Origin: Selaginella moellendorffii
Lineage: Eukaryota > Plantae > Lycopodiophyta
Direction of reading: 5' to 3'
Assembly (NCBI RefSeq): GCF_000143415.4
Contig: NW_003314271.1
Span: forward strand, 2,152,806-2,216,805
Length of the DNA stretch: 64,000 nucleotides
How positions within the stretch are numbered: the first letter of the stretch is position 1; each line of letters begins with the position of its first letter. Position numbers and translations under genes: made by a program. Positions 40,067 through 56,934 of this stretch are shown piece by piece. The notes beneath the pieces are model-generated. The model was given only the letters and a program-made list of their open reading frames with translations, made no database searches and had not been told where the DNA came from.

Positions 40067-41672
40067 ATCAACCTCAGTAGAAACTTTAATTTCAAACTTA
40101 ATAATCTAAGCTTTAAATATTATTTAAATGAATTTAATTTCAGTTCTTTATAGTACATAATGAAGTTGAAGATTAATCAACTTTTTCCTTATCTACATAG
40201 AAGCATAAATTTATATTTAAAAAATTATATTACACAATAACTATATTACTAGTTTTTATCTAACTACTAAATTTATTGTAGTAAAAAATACCATCTTCCT
40301 ATTCTTGTAAAGATTATTAAATTAAAAGGTGTAAGTGCATGGAATATAGACATAGAATATAGAAATAGAATATAGAAATGTGTGTATTAATTAGCCCAAA
40401 AACTTTAGCTTATATATATGAGCGAGTGGTTCAGATTGAAATCAATCTAATAGCTACTAAAATCTCATTACATTAATATTAATATATGGCATTGTAGTTA
40501 TACACTTTGACCTCACATCATCCCTTCCTTTTGGAACAATGGAAGACCGTTAGGGTTCTTTCGTGGATGGGCTGAGATCTAGAGGAATATTAAAAGGAGG
40601 CATTGGTGGATCTGTAAATGGTGCTAGTTGTTCTTGATCCCTTTGTATGAAGTGTTTCAGTCATTGCACATACACAATTTTTAAAGATTGGCCTACTGGA
40701 CGTTATGCCAAACTTCATAAACTTGTAATCCAACTTACTGCTACAATTGATATAGTCCTTTCCATTGAGCAAGGAGCCCTTTAGATAAACCATATACCAT
40801 AAAATTGAAAAAATAAACTAACACTAAGTCATCCACTTTGTATTCCATAGATGGACAATGATGGGAGTTGTAATGCCGTTGTTGTCCCACTTGTATGCGG
40901 CCTAAGTGTTCAATAGACTTTGCTCAGATAAGTGGAAGAATGCTCGTCAAATACTGATCTTACAATATAGCATTGATAGTTTATAGCAATTGTAAAGGTA
41001 AACTAAAATTTGTTGGCAGTATTGGATCATGACTATATAAGAGTTTATATAATGAAGTATTAATAGAACTTTGCACCTCTATGACATATGCATATAAAAG
41101 AGATACCAAATAACCATCCCAATCCAAATGCTAAAAATTTACATACTTTGTGACCATCCTTTTGAAGGTCTGAACAAGTCATTCCACTAAACCATTTGAC
41201 TATGGATATTCGTGAAAGTGTGGCATATCCCCAATTGAGATGTCAAAACATGAAATGCCTCAGCTATAAATGCAAGACCATTATCTCAAAGAATCTACTC
41301 CGGACAAGAATGCTAAAACACCACTCAATTAAGGGGGAAGTATCCAACAGCAACTGTAGATGTGCTAGCAAGAGCACCAACTTCCATCCAACGAGTCAAG
41401 TAGTTAGAAGCAATAATGACATACTCATTGCCAGCAGTTGATCATAAAAAAACCTCTATCAAATCAAATGCCACCAACTCAAATGGACAAGAAATTAAAA
41501 TTAATTTCAATTGTCCTTTCGTAATATGAGGGGGAGTATTATGAGTTTGGCACTAAACGCATCTACACATATACTAGATGATATCACGTTATATCTCCAG
41601 TCAATAGAAAGACTTGTCTAGCTTCTCGGTCACATGACAATATGTTTGCCTAGAATAGAAGAGTCATGGTAG

Positions 41673-41866
41673 TGTAAGCAACCAAAGGGAACGACTCGAA
41701 AGACGATCCATGGAGTTCAAATATATAAGGAAAGGGCCCATAAATAAGAGTGCACCCCGTTTTCCAATCGGTTAAGGGTCTTAGGATACTTAGAGTTAAG
41801 CGTTCTTGGGTTTGAATAATACTGGCCTGGGTGACCTCCCGGGAAGTCCAAATTTAGGAGCTTACA
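41673..41866 (+). mobile_element. Cassandra-like (5S rRNA-containing) solo LTR, TSD GGTAG
   Basis: TGTAAGC...GCTTACA termini; GGTAG on both sides (41668-41672, 41867-41871); 5S-like GTTAAGCGTTCTTGGG...GGGTGACCTCCCGGGAAGTCC; close paralog of 39872-40066. Confidence 0.85.
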
Positions 41867-42295
41867 GGTAGGTGTGGAAAAATTGTGGAATAAAATCGAA
41901 GGCACCACTAATTGTAAATGATTATTAGGATTCATCCCCATAAAATAAAGAAGACCATCTTTAAGGCAATATTAAAAATGTAAATTGGCAAATCATCAGC
42001 AAATAAATTCTTAAACCTATCATGAAACTTTCAAATCTACGACTCAATCTTTTGAGCCTTATGAATCTTGTTAAGAGAAGGTAAATCTTGTTCTGCATCT
42101 TGTGCATACTGAATATCAAGTATAGCAACTACCAATAGTACGGAATCCTCATCTAAAAAATTGATAAATGTTGGAATAATAGACTTATAAAAAACATAAG
42201 TAAAGAGCAAAGAAGGAAGAAGAGCTCGAGAAAGGGCATCAGGATCAACCATAAAACTCCTCGAGTGATAAACAACATCAAAATTATATATCTAA

Positions 42296-45200
42296 TGTAG
42301 CGCACGTGGTTTTGACCTTTTATCTTATGGTGATTTACCATAGGATAACACCACGAAGCGGAACCTAAACCCTCTTTGTGCCACGTGACAGATGCCACAT
42401 GTCACATGCCACGTGTCCACAGGAACCCAAGGTTCAAGGCCTTGGGCCACTGAACAAACAAACGGTGCCAAACTCCCAAGCATGGAGCCAATGAGTGATG
42501 GAACCGAACCACGGAGCAACTCCCGAGCATACAGCCCAAAGAGCGAAGGGACAGGGGCCCGGAGCGACTTGGAATAGTCCTGGAGTAACCAGCATCCCAA
42601 TGCCAAGACTAGCACGCAAAACGGAGCCAAACGGAGTCTGGCGCTATTTCAGCATACCGGTGATCTAACGTGAGGATATGGGTACTCCACCAGCTAGCAT
42701 GGAATGGAACTTGGGCTTAGACCCAAGCTGGACGTAGAACAAGGACAGGCACGCAAGCAGGAGCTAGACTATGCCTTAGGTTGGTCGGCCATGCCCGACC
42801 TACCCACTATCCCTACTATACATTTGAAACCCCCCACAGCCCCCCCCTTTGAGGAACACACGCTTTGGGCTTTCACCCCAAGCCTCCCTTAGTATCAGGA
42901 GTTAGTCTCTGAGACAAGCTTGAAACTTACTAAATATGGAATGTCCTTAGAATGCGAATTTGGACACGGGACGAACACCATTGTGTTCAGGCCGATCTCT
43001 ACATTCCGTAGATATGCCAAATGAGCAAATCTAGACACTTTCCATAAATAGCATTTGGGACCAAAATGAGACTAACACAAAGGGCATGATAGCGAGGGTG
43101 TTTGGCAGACACGGTAAGCTATCATCTAGCGATATTGAGGGACCAAGCTCAATATCGCGGGGGTTCCCAACACTAGCAAGTGCAAGCCAACATCATGAGT
43201 TTCTCATCACCGTGTCAAGTCTGCTTGACTAAATGACAACTTAGGATTTCCTTCCTTAGTGCCCTTCCGGTCTAAGTGCACATGTGATGACCAGTTTCTC
43301 AACTAGCTTAAGCGGAAACTGATAACGAGCCCAGCAATACCGACCTCCTGCCATCGTGGCAGTAAGAAAGAATATCCGAAAGGACTAGCCGACAGGTAAC
43401 TTTCGATACCTGAAGTCACATTCGCGACACTCTCCCCCCCTTGGGGAAGATCGACGTCCTCGTCGATGCATACTCCAGTCTAGAATACCGCCAAGGAAAC
43501 AACTCCAGAAAAAGTTCACGGTACTCACACTATGTGAGAAATGCACCAACTTAAATGAGTTAGGAGGCAACCTCTTTGTCTAACGCGGATGCGCTACCAA
43601 CTCAGACACCTTCCGGCCATCGCCGACAAGGAAATGACCAACGGAATCAACCACCCTTGCTACTCTGGTGTCACCCAGCTACAAAAGTGTGATACGCCCT
43701 GCCCGCAGGGACATAGAGAGAGAAGCCAGAGGCCCCAACCCTCCTGAGCAAAGAAACCAAACCCGTCGGTAAGGTTTAGATAGACTACTGTAAACAGGCA
43801 GTTAGAGTTGTTTACACGGTCACGCCCTTTCAACGAAATAAGGAACATCGACAAAGAGGCAGGTTATGTGACCAGTCGACAGTAGCTACCCCATGACTGG
43901 AGATTTCATCATGCACACGAAGTGCCGAAGCCAGTCTGCCTATACTGGCCCAAACACAAAGATCAATGGATGGACAATATCAAAGTCAGAGACAATGATA
44001 TCTGAGAAGCTTAATTACTAGTGATTATATCTTAGATTAGAACACAAAAGTATTCCAAGTAAGTTATCATCCGATAAACTAGTATTATAGTATAGGAACC
44101 ACCAAGATCATTATAATTGGTAAACATAGAAATCACCATCCAACAAAATTCAATAGCAAGTAGATCATCAAGGAAACTCAATGATAAAACTGAACTACCG
44201 AAAATGGCAGATAGCATGCCAAACAACTCACAAAACACAACTCAAAGAATACAAGATAGCATGCCAAACTATCACAAAACACAACTCAAAGAATACAAAG
44301 TATCATTGACTAACAAGCACAATGCTCACGAATGTATCACCCGAAGGAAATAACATCTTAATCTATGAGAACTAACTCGAGCAATAATCAACAGAACAAA
44401 ATGAATGTTGCAAAGCAAACAAACGCTTGTTCATATTAACCATTACACTAGCCAATCCGAATAGATCCCAGCCAACAACACTAAGGAACTCAAGTTGCCT
44501 AAGCAAGTGTTAGCAACATCCTACTGATGTCTCAAGCCCAAGAGACCAATCCAGAGCAAACCACAAAGAATATGTGGTATTGCAAAAAGCCATAATCTAT
44601 CAAAGAGAACAACTAACCATCATGAAAGATCATCAATCATTCCATCAATAAAGAGATGCATAATCATCGTCTAAGAAGGAATCCACCATCCCGAAGAACG
44701 GCAAACCATTCTATATCAACAATAATCAAGCAAAACTTTTTGACATGGATAATCAATTATCCTAGATGATAGTCAATCATCACCAATGATTGCTAGATGC
44801 AAATACTAACTTCAACATCAAAGCTAAAGAGCCAAAAATGCCTTCCCCCAACAACTCCAGACAAATAGAACAATGAGCATGAAAACTCAAAGAACCAAAA
44901 GCTCGAAGAAGCTTATAGCTAAGTCTTGTCTAACAATGATCACAAGTCTTGCATGAACCAACTTCAATGTTAAAGAAGAAATCATGGTGCAACCCACAAT
45001 ATCCTCCTCAATATATCCATAAGCCAAACTTTATAATGTAAAGCTGATGAAGAGCATTTCTGCATCAATCCAAAAGCTAAGCATAGCAAAGTTATGCTCA
45101 ACAAGTGATCACCAAACAATCCTCCATGAATCCATCTATAGCAAGACGTAATTCATTTCATAGCAAGCACAAGAAGAATCATCAATGATTGATATATTTC

Positions 45201-48200
45201 AACTAAAATCCCATAAGGATTCAACATTCTAATATCAATCACTAACTCTTCCTCTTGTAGGGTTAGCATAGTCCACGACTGAATCACTTTTCAAGGACAA
45301 GCTTAAAGCTCAACCCTTACTAAACAAACTCATCAAGAACACAACTAACTCAACTTGCCACTCAGTTCATTTGAACATCAACACAGTTGCTAACTAGCAA
45401 ATGCATGAATGCCAACAACACAAGCTAAAGCCAAATCATCAACACTTTTCATCAAGACTAATGAAACTCAATATCAATCCTAAGGAAAGACATTTCATTT
45501 CACTCAAGTCTCAATATCAACAATATCAATGACAAGGCATCACTTCAATGCCATCAACACCAAGACAAAGCTAGAAGAAAGCAAGAGTGAATCACCACTC
45601 GGAGCTTTCCAGCAACCAAGCTAACCAAAGTCGAAAATACTATACTTAGTATCCGAGACCAATCCTTTAGCAAAACTCAGTGACAGATAACACATCATCA
45701 AGGAGTGAATCACCACATCCAAGACTCAATGAAATCCAACACTATAGACCAAACGTAACTAAATGATATTGACAAAGGAATTGACATGCCAACATGGAAA
45801 AACCATGCTAGCCTAATGACACGATCCTCTGCAACACCATCCGGTAAAGCAAGCCCATCACTGCTAAATCATCATCGAGCAAAGCAAGTGTCAACGGTCC
45901 TTGACGAAGTCTACAAGTAATCACTAGTCACAAAGCAACTAACAATCACTCCTCAACTTGCCTTCACAAGACCCAAACACCAACTCTTGTCATCAAGTTA
46001 TATACTTGCCCAATATGAACGTGATACCCCAGGTACGAGATAAAAGTTCATAGACAAGCACAAATTAAATGACCACTCAAATCCAACTCAACCGCAATAA
46101 GCTCACTAAAACATTTAGCCACTAGCTCTGAGCATGCTTTGAAGAGGCTAGCTATGCAATCAACACTCAGTCGAAACTAAAGTGAAGACCATAAGATGGA
46201 TTCATATCAGTACACAACCTCCTCATAGACAAAGCTATAGTATGGGTACCAACATCTCAACCTCAAACAATTAAGTTGGACATCACCATCCTCAGCCAAG
46301 GTGCAGGGCTACCAAGACTAAGTCAAGATCAGTGAGAGCTCACTACTTTCATAGAGTCTTAGCGAAATGCAAAGTGCAACCTGCCACCGAGCATAATGCT
46401 ACAAAAGAAAGGCACAAGAATCACCCTTCTTAGAAAAGTGCAACGACCACTTTTTTACACTAACTCCAGACTCTATCCAACTCAATTGCCAAAAGTCAAC
46501 ATCCCTTTCGGGTCACATCATACAAACTATATACTAAGGTCTAAGTTAACCAAGGTTAACTCAAACCCCTTCACTAGTTTGTACTGGCTTACGAAAAATG
46601 GAATGGTTTTCGTGCAAAGTGATCAATAGATCAGCCATTGGAAAAGTCTAAGAAAATTTGTGGAAAATTTTCCATCCTAGAGAAAGAATGACTCTCAATC
46701 CAGAATTGCAAACTTTCAAGACTCAACCAACTTCCTCCTACTAACAACTCCACATAAGTTCACCTCAACACAAATTCTCATGATCCAAAAATATGCTTAA
46801 GCATCGAACATCTTTGCCCATCTAACCGATATCCAACACCGACATCCGCAAAGTGCAAAATGAATATCTAGAGCTTGATCAAGAAGACCATATCTTCGGA
46901 TATCCACATTGCACTAACACTCTTCTTCAACCACCTTCAAGATCCAATGTGAAGCCAAAACACTAACAAGAAAAATGACATGGAAAATCAAGCTCTAAGG
47001 AAAATCCCTCATCATTCGAATCAACAATGCCACTTCCACTAACACAAGTGTTAGCGATGTCAATGCCCCAACTACCCATCTTCTCCATCCAACAATCTAC
47101 TCTAAGTGTTAACAGATCAACCAACAAGCCATAGCAAGTGAAAACAATTGCTATAACCCTTTTCCAACACCTAATGGGCAACTCAAGGAAACAAGGTACC
47201 AACTTAAGCTTAGCATAATGGACCACCATTGAGAATCTAGTCAAAGCTACTACAATGCTACTTCGTGCAAGTAGACTAGCTTCACTATCAACCACTTTGG
47301 GGTTGATCATCGTTTAACCAAGCAACTTTGTAAACACATTGCTCATTATCACATGGATATGATATAAATCACAATGACTTGATCATCAATCAAGCAACAC
47401 TATGAGCAATGCCCATGTCACTACTGCAAAGGTTTATGTGAATATCAAGTGCTAACTCGATTCGACAAAATGCAACATAAATGCCACACCCCATGGATAG
47501 AGATTTACAACACCAACACCACTAACTTTTGTTCACAACACGGACAAGCACATGCCACTCTCTATCCGACCAATCTCAAAACTAATCCAACACCAAGCTA
47601 CTCAAAGAGCAATAGCAAGGTTCCCTAGAAAAGAATCGAGCATTGCAACCCAAGTCTTCTAATTGCAAGCTTAGACAAAAATGGTTTAACGCTTCACCAC
47701 TATCCATCCCACAACTCACCATTGTAAGACCACCATCTCCAACATGCATCAAGATAGGGACTTTTGATTGCATGATATGAACACAAGTAATGAGTTAACA
47801 CCTCGTTGCGAATCATCTCTCCGAGAAAAGAAAATGATTTACGTGTTTGATCCTTTGTCCTTGACGACTCTCTTTTCGGTCTAATCTTTGACCAAACCTC
47901 AAGCTTGCTTTCACACTGCCTTCAGTTCAATTGAAGAAAAGTTTATGAGAGAGCATGGCAATGACTACTTGAACCAATAGACTAATCCCTACAGTCTTGA
48001 TTGATCCACTTATAATCATGCCTAGGAAGAATCCACTAGTGCCGTGCTAAACAGCTACGGACCAGCCTATTTGCCACTCATAACAAACCCAGGGAGTTTG
48101 CTTTCACCCATGGTACAAGGAACAACTCATAGAATCAACAGAACCATCGATAGGCTAACATTAATCCTGCCAACTCAAAGTGTATTCTTGAGTTGCTAAT

Positions 48201-49595
48201 GTGCCTCTCTCACGAGCCCAAGCATAAACTCGTGCAAATGGAACATCTCACAAACCATCCTATGAGCCCAAATACAAGCTCACATCATAAGGTACAAAAA
48301 GGTAACAAAAACCTATCCCAAGGAACCAATGCGAAGTCTTTGCACCAAAACGTGTACCCACTCGGATCATCATTTTCATCTCTGCGTATGCAACGAGACT
48401 AGTTGCCCAATCTCATTGGATAGTTCTCGCCGAGACTCTCGCTTTGATACCAAATGTAGCGCACGTGGTTTTGACCCTTTATCTTATGGTGATTTACCAT
48501 AGGATAACACCACGAAGCGGAACCTAAACCCTCTTTGTGCCACATGGCAGATGCCACGTGTCACATGCCATGTGTCGACAGGAACCCAAGGTTCAAGGCC
48601 TTGGGCCACTGAACAAACGAACGGTGCCAAACTCCCAAGCATGGAGCCAAGGAGTGATGGAACCGAACCACGGAGCAACTCCCGAGCATACAGCCCAAAG
48701 AGCAAAGGGACAGGGGCCCGGAGCGACTTGGAACAGTCTTGGAGCAACCAGCATCCCAATGCCAAGACCAGCACGCAAAACGGAGCCAAACGGAGTCTGG
48801 TGCTATTTCAGCATACCGGTGATCTAACGTGAGGATATGGGTACTCCACCAGCTAGCATGGAATGGAACTTGGGCTTAGACCCAAGCCGGACGTAGAACA
48901 AGGACAGGCACGCAAGCAAGAGCTAGACTATGCCTTAGGTTGGTCGGCCATGCCCGACCTACCCACTATCCCTACTATACATTTGGAACCCCCCACAGCC
49001 CCCCCCCCCCCCCCTTGAGGAACACACGCTTTGGGCTTTCACCCCAAGCCTCCCTTAGTATCAGGAGTTAGTCTCTGGGACAAGCTTGAAACTTACTAAA
49101 TATGGAATGTCCTTAGAATGCGAATTTGGACACGGGACGAACACCATTGTGTTCAGGCCGATCTCTACATTCTGTAGATATGCCAAATGAGCAAATCTAG
49201 ACACTTTCCATAAATAGCATTTGGGACCAAAATGAGACTAACACAAAGGGCATGATAGCGAGGGTGTTTGGCAGACACGGTAAGCTATCATCTAGCGATA
49301 TTGAGGGACCAAGCTCAATATCGCGGGGGTTCCCAACACTAGCAAGTGCAAACCAACATCATGAGTTTCTCATCACCGTGTCAAGTCTGCTTGACTAAAT
49401 GACAACTTAGGATTTCCTTCCTTAGTGCCCTTCCGGTCTAAGTGCACATGTGATGACCAGTTTCTCAACTAGCTTAGGCAGAGACTGATAACGAGCCCAG
49501 CAATACCGACCTCCTGCCATCGTGGCAGTAAGAAAGAATATCCGAAAGGACTAGCCGACAGGTAACTTTCGATACCTGAAGTCATATTCGCGACA
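42296..49595 (-). mobile_element. LTR retrotransposon with intact ends but non-coding interior (non-autonomous), TSD TCTAA
   Basis: LTRs 42296-43429 and 48455-49595 (TG...CA, ~98% identical by eye). TCTAA on both flanks. PBS TGGTATCAAAGC (tRNA-iMet-like) on the minus strand beside 48455; PPT beside 43429. No long ORF inside. Confidence 0.95.
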
Positions 49596-52500
49596 TCTAA
49601 AGCTTTAAAACCTATTGAATAATATAACTAACTAAATTCTTTTTTTTCAATAATGAAGTAAGTATAGTATGATCTCTTTTTAGTAATGTCTAAGAACTAT
49701 ATAGGTATGCATGAAGTTTCTTGAAACCCTAAACTACTGCTAAACACTCCTTCTCTATCATGGAGTAATTTATCTCCGTTAGTTATAATGTATGGTTGAT
49801 ATATACAATGGGATAACACTAATCAAACACACTTAAGCTCTCTTGCATCAACACAACTCCAAGACCAATATTAAAAGCATTCACGTGTAAAATGAAAAGT
49901 CAAGTGTAGTCAGGATATGCCAAAACTGGAAGAGTTATCAATAGCTCTTTAAGATCTGTCAATGCCCAATCACAATCCACAGACCAAATAAAAGATGATG
50001 TTGACAACTTCAACAACAATTGCAAAGGTGCAATGTGATTAGAAAAATAATCAACAAAATGACTAAGATATTGCACCTTGCCCAAGAAGCATTGCACATC
50101 ATTCACACACTTTTAAGTAGGGAACTTTAGAATAGCCATAAGTTTATCAGGATCAATTTGTAATCCCTTATGAGAACTACAATACCCAAGATAACTCTTA
50201 TCGTTGGACTCAATCACATATTTTGACTACTTTAACTTTAAATCAACTTCTTGTAACCAATCTAACACTTTACAAACATCATGGATGTGTTCCTCCCACA
50301 TCTTGTCCAAGTGGATCAAGACTATGCTTACTGGCAAACAGCCAAATGAACTAAACGGACGTAAACATGTTCAAACATGAAGACTTTTGATACGAAAAGA
50401 GATACTAGTTTGTATAATTCAAGCATAAAGAAAAAGAAACCCTAAATATATGTAAAAGAAATAAATTTGAAACACTAAAACTTGATATTTAAATTTCAAA
50501 CACACGAACGGTAGCTTGGTGAGCCATTGCATTAGCAATTGCCTCCCGCATGCGGAAAGAAATGTAAAAGATTGTAAAAAATTCTGGTTTAACTTGGAAT
50601 ATTCATTTAACTTGGCAACCCTTTGCAAATGGAATGTGAATGCATATGCAAATGCCTATTTACGAATGAGGTTTTTACAAATTAAATGTGTTTTCTAGTA
50701 AGTATGATCAAGATATCATTGATGAAGTTAGCAGTCACTTCTAACATGTCGTAAAGAACCTCGTCCATTATTCATTAGAAAGGTGCTAAAGCATTGTTCA
50801 AACTAAATGGCATCACCAAGAACTTGTACAAACCAAATGGTGTACAAAAAGCAATCTTATGAATATCTTCCTCTATTATTGACACTTACTAATATTTAGA
50901 AACAAGATTTAACTTGGTGAACCAATGACTTCTCTCTAGAGAATCCAAGAGATCAGAAATATGAGGAAGAAGGTACACATTTAGGATCATCATTTCATTT
51001 AACGGATGAAAGTTGATGTAAAAATGAATACTCCTATTAGGCTTCATCACAAAATGAGGTTCACATGCCTATACATCTCGCAACTTGCAAATAACACCCT
51101 TTTTCAACATCTTTTTTACATTTGTATATAAAATCTTGAGTTTTTTGGTAACCAACGATGAATAGAAACTTTGATTGGACAAGCATCCCCAGTTGGAATA
51201 GAATGGCATATTGCAATCTTGGCCCCAAATGATAGGTCAAATTCAAAATGATCAACATACTCCATAAGCCAATTAACTGTTGCAATACAAAGACTATCAG
51301 AAGGATCAAAAGAGGGAATAAAAGAATAAGATAGAAATATAGGAAGAAGTAATGGAGAAATTAAAGTGATGGAAACAAAGGTAAAAGTAAAAGGACAAAG
51401 AGGAACAAAAGTGAAAAGAATGAAAAAAATATAAAAAAGTATAAAACAAGGGGAAGAAGCCTCAAAGTTATATTTAACATGATTGAGCTACAATCAATTT
51501 ATATCAAGGATGAGGTTAAAAGCTTGATTTGGCACCAATGACTGTAGCTTAAGTTCTAGATTGCCCACAAGCACAACTAGGTTCACGTCACCCCATGCAT
51601 ATACATGTGTATAGCTGTTGCCATATATAATAAAAACTGGCTTTGCCACATGACACAAATGTAGACAGCAAGATATGACAACAAGCTGAGTAATAAAAGA
51701 TAAACTCAAGCCTGTATCAACCAATATAGAGAGAAAAATAAAAAACCTTTTATTATAAAAACAAATTTAAAAAGTAAATACCATATAAACTAGTGCCAAG
51801 TGAACCCCTTGATAATACTCCCGAAAAAGATGGAACGGTCACTAATTTATTCTCGCAAGGACTATCCATTATTCGTGTGACTCCTTGTTTCCTGAAAGCA
51901 TTTTAGTGTTTAGACCTTCTACTCTAGCAGCACCAATAGAATGTTGTTGACGCCAAGGTCTTCACCCAGAAAATGGAGGTCACCAATTTAGAAAATGCCA
52001 ACAATGCAGATAAGTGTGACTAACTTCATCACAGGACCACCTCTCATAAAAAGTCGAGATAAAGGATATATAACGAGAAGTGAAAGAGGCAACATCTCAT
52101 AATGTTATATTAATCGAAGAGCATCATTAAGGGTGGTTGGAGTAAATGCATGCATAAATCCTACAAAATCTTAATAAAGTGTTAGCCATAATATTCCAAC
52201 TTGATCTATTCTGACATATTAAGTTCCACACAAAGCAAAAGGCTTCGGAAACGAATACTAAATTGCATCACAAACTCAAATGACCCTTAATAAAGATGAT
52301 GCAATTGTTGAAAAGCATTATCACAATTGTTACTATATCCAAATATACATTTGAAAATATTTGGGAGAACGCTTCAATCCTCATGAGTCGCTGCACTTAA
52401 ACCATTATACCATTATAGTGTTGTTCTTTAGAGACATGTGGGAAATTCACCCAAATGCCAAATATCATCCCAAGATTGATATATGGCAATCACTATGAAG

Positions 52501-53772
52501 TGATCGAACCAATGGTATATATTATCCCTAGGATTCCCACTAAAGAACTCTAGCCGAACTCAAAGATTAGCAATAAAAGTAGGAGGAGCTGTACCATATG
52601 GCATGAATGCCACCATCAATTGAGTTTGATTGTTCAATTGCAATTGTATAGCATTAAACAATTACATCAACTATTATTCTAGAGTCAAAGGAAGAGGAGG
52701 TTATGACTCTACTATGAAGATGAACAAAAGTAAAAAAACTAAAAGAGAAGAAGAAAAAAAGCTATAAGAAAAGGGAGATTTAGATAATGCAAAAAGGTAG
52801 ATTTAAACTAAAATCCGAAATCTTAACACTTCTCAAGGATGATCAATATTGCCCCTCATCTCCACTAATATGAATGTATGGAATATGGAAATGAAATACA
52901 AAAATGTGCATATCAATTTGCTCAAAAACTTTAGATTATATACAAAAGTGAGAGGTCCGAATTGAAATTATGACAGCTACCAAAATCCCATTATTCTAAT
53001 ATTAGTATATGGCATCGTAGTTGTACACTTAGACCTCACATTGGAATATTTTAGAAATGATTAGAATTATATGTTATATTTATTTTAAAAACCTTTATCT
53101 CAAATATTTTTGCTCTTAACAGTATACATTATTTAACATGCAAATCACTTTTAATAGTACCAATTAAACATTATAATTCTATATTTGGTTGATGCTTAAC
53201 ACTAACTAACATACTAGCATATTCATTTATAAGATCCATTTACCATTTACAAACATAATTTCAAGCAAAGAAAAACTGATGGCATAAAAATTTCAATGCT
53301 GCTACGGCACACCATGGCACCCTAGTGCCTAGATAAAGTAGACGTTGAAAGCTTTAATCTATCCACACCCTTGCTTCAAGCGAAAATTGCTCACAGCTGC
53401 AGGCCTCATAACCTTTATAAAGAGTAATGTACTGTGAATCTATGGGTGGTGTTTTGTATTTTCCTTCGGTCTTCGAATGGACGGCTGCGTGGCGCCAGAT
53501 GGACAGAACAGCCTCCACGTCATTGGTACATATTGCTTTTCTTCCTTTTGTAAAATCATTTTTCTCGTGCGAGCCGGAGAGTCCATAGCGAGCGTTTCCA
53601 CGTATCGTTCTCACCCTAGTCTAGGTCTTCTCTTTCTCGCGGAGCTTTTGGCGCTCGCCAAGCGGCGCCGCGGGGCGAGGGTATCGTGATTCGCAGCAAG
53701 AATGCGCCTCTAGCGAGCAGCCGGCGATCGATCGATCGATTTCGGGTCCGGCCGGGCGCGGGAGAAGCGATT

Positions 53773-56056
<2,284 letters not shown>

Positions 56057-56295
56057 AGAGTTTGTAGTGAAGGTGAATGGTGCTGGTCTGTATAACTTCT
56101 TTTTCTTTCTGTCGTTATATATACGGCTGAGATTCTAGCAGATTGCGCGGGTGAGATTGGCGCTGATGTGGCGCTTATCCAGACGAGAGAAAGGTGTCGC
56201 TGGCCAGTGTGCGCTTGCCACGCGTCGGGGCCAATCTCTCTGGAAGAAGTTCTACTCTCCAAAGTTTTTTGAGTTTGTCGCAGAACTATAGTGCC

Positions 56296-56934
56296 ATGGC
56301 CGCTGCTACTACCAGTGCTGCTGCCACATTGTCCACTCCAGTCGCTGGCCTAGGTGGATCTTCACTCAAAGCAGTGAAGAGATCTTCATCCTCGAGAGTT
56401 CATCTTACTTCAGGTACTGCTCGTCTCTTGAGTTGTAAGCACTGAGCTTTTCTTTGATGTGTAGCATTCGTCCACAATGCCAATGCCTCCGCGAATGCTC
56501 TTCGACTGAAGCCCTGCATGTCTCGTGTTACATGGTAAGAAGTTTGTGATTTCTCGTAGAACACTTATCCTCTTCCTTGGGACAGCTTTCGTGGAGACTG
56601 GTTGCGTACCGATCTCTCAGTGATTGGATTTGGATTGATCGGGTGGCTAGCACCATCGAGCATCCCTGCCATCAACGGCGATAGCCTGACTGGCCTGTTT
56701 TTCGGTAGCATTGGTCCCGAGCTTGCTCACTGGCCTACAGGCCCAGCTCTAACCTCGCCATTCTGGTAAGTAAAGAACTTTTTCTTTTCTCCTTTTTTCC
56801 TTTGTTGCGCAAATGTATGAATTTGCTTCGTTTGCTTACCCAGGTTGTGGATGATCTTGTGGCATCTGGGACTATTCATCACGCTCACTTTCGGCCAGAT
56901 TGGATTCAAGGGAAGAGCCGATGGCTACTGGTAA
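56296..56934 (+). CDS. psaO: Photosystem I subunit O precursor, multi-exon
   Basis: Transit peptide followed by WLRTDLSVIGFGLIGWLAPSSIPAINGDSLTGLFF...FWLWMILWHLGLFITLTFGQIGFKGR. Confidence 0.95.

Larger units (their letters stand above)
40330..53040 (-). mobile_element. Old degenerate Ty3/gypsy LTR retrotransposon hosting nested insertions
   Basis: Diverged short LTRs ~40330-40517 and ~52869-53040, both ending GACCTCACA. Minus-strand remnants of protease (VDTGLSLSFI ~51700), RT (FCTPFGLYKFLVMPFSL ~50830; FINDILI ~50715) and RT-RNaseH link (FLGKVQY...LPVLAYPDY 49900-50106), in gypsy order. Confidence 0.8.

Noticed and set aside
39872-41866. A single 2-kb LTR element bounded by the two 195-bp repeats, or true 5S rRNA genes
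   Set aside because: Each repeat has its own distinct TSD, and the sequence between them belongs to AT-rich flank and the old gypsy. Only the internal part of 5S is present, without 5S ends.
42325-48832. Duplicated ~100-aa ORFs (MAPFCVLVLALG...) as genes
   Set aside because: They lie in the two LTRs and are repeated only because the LTRs are.
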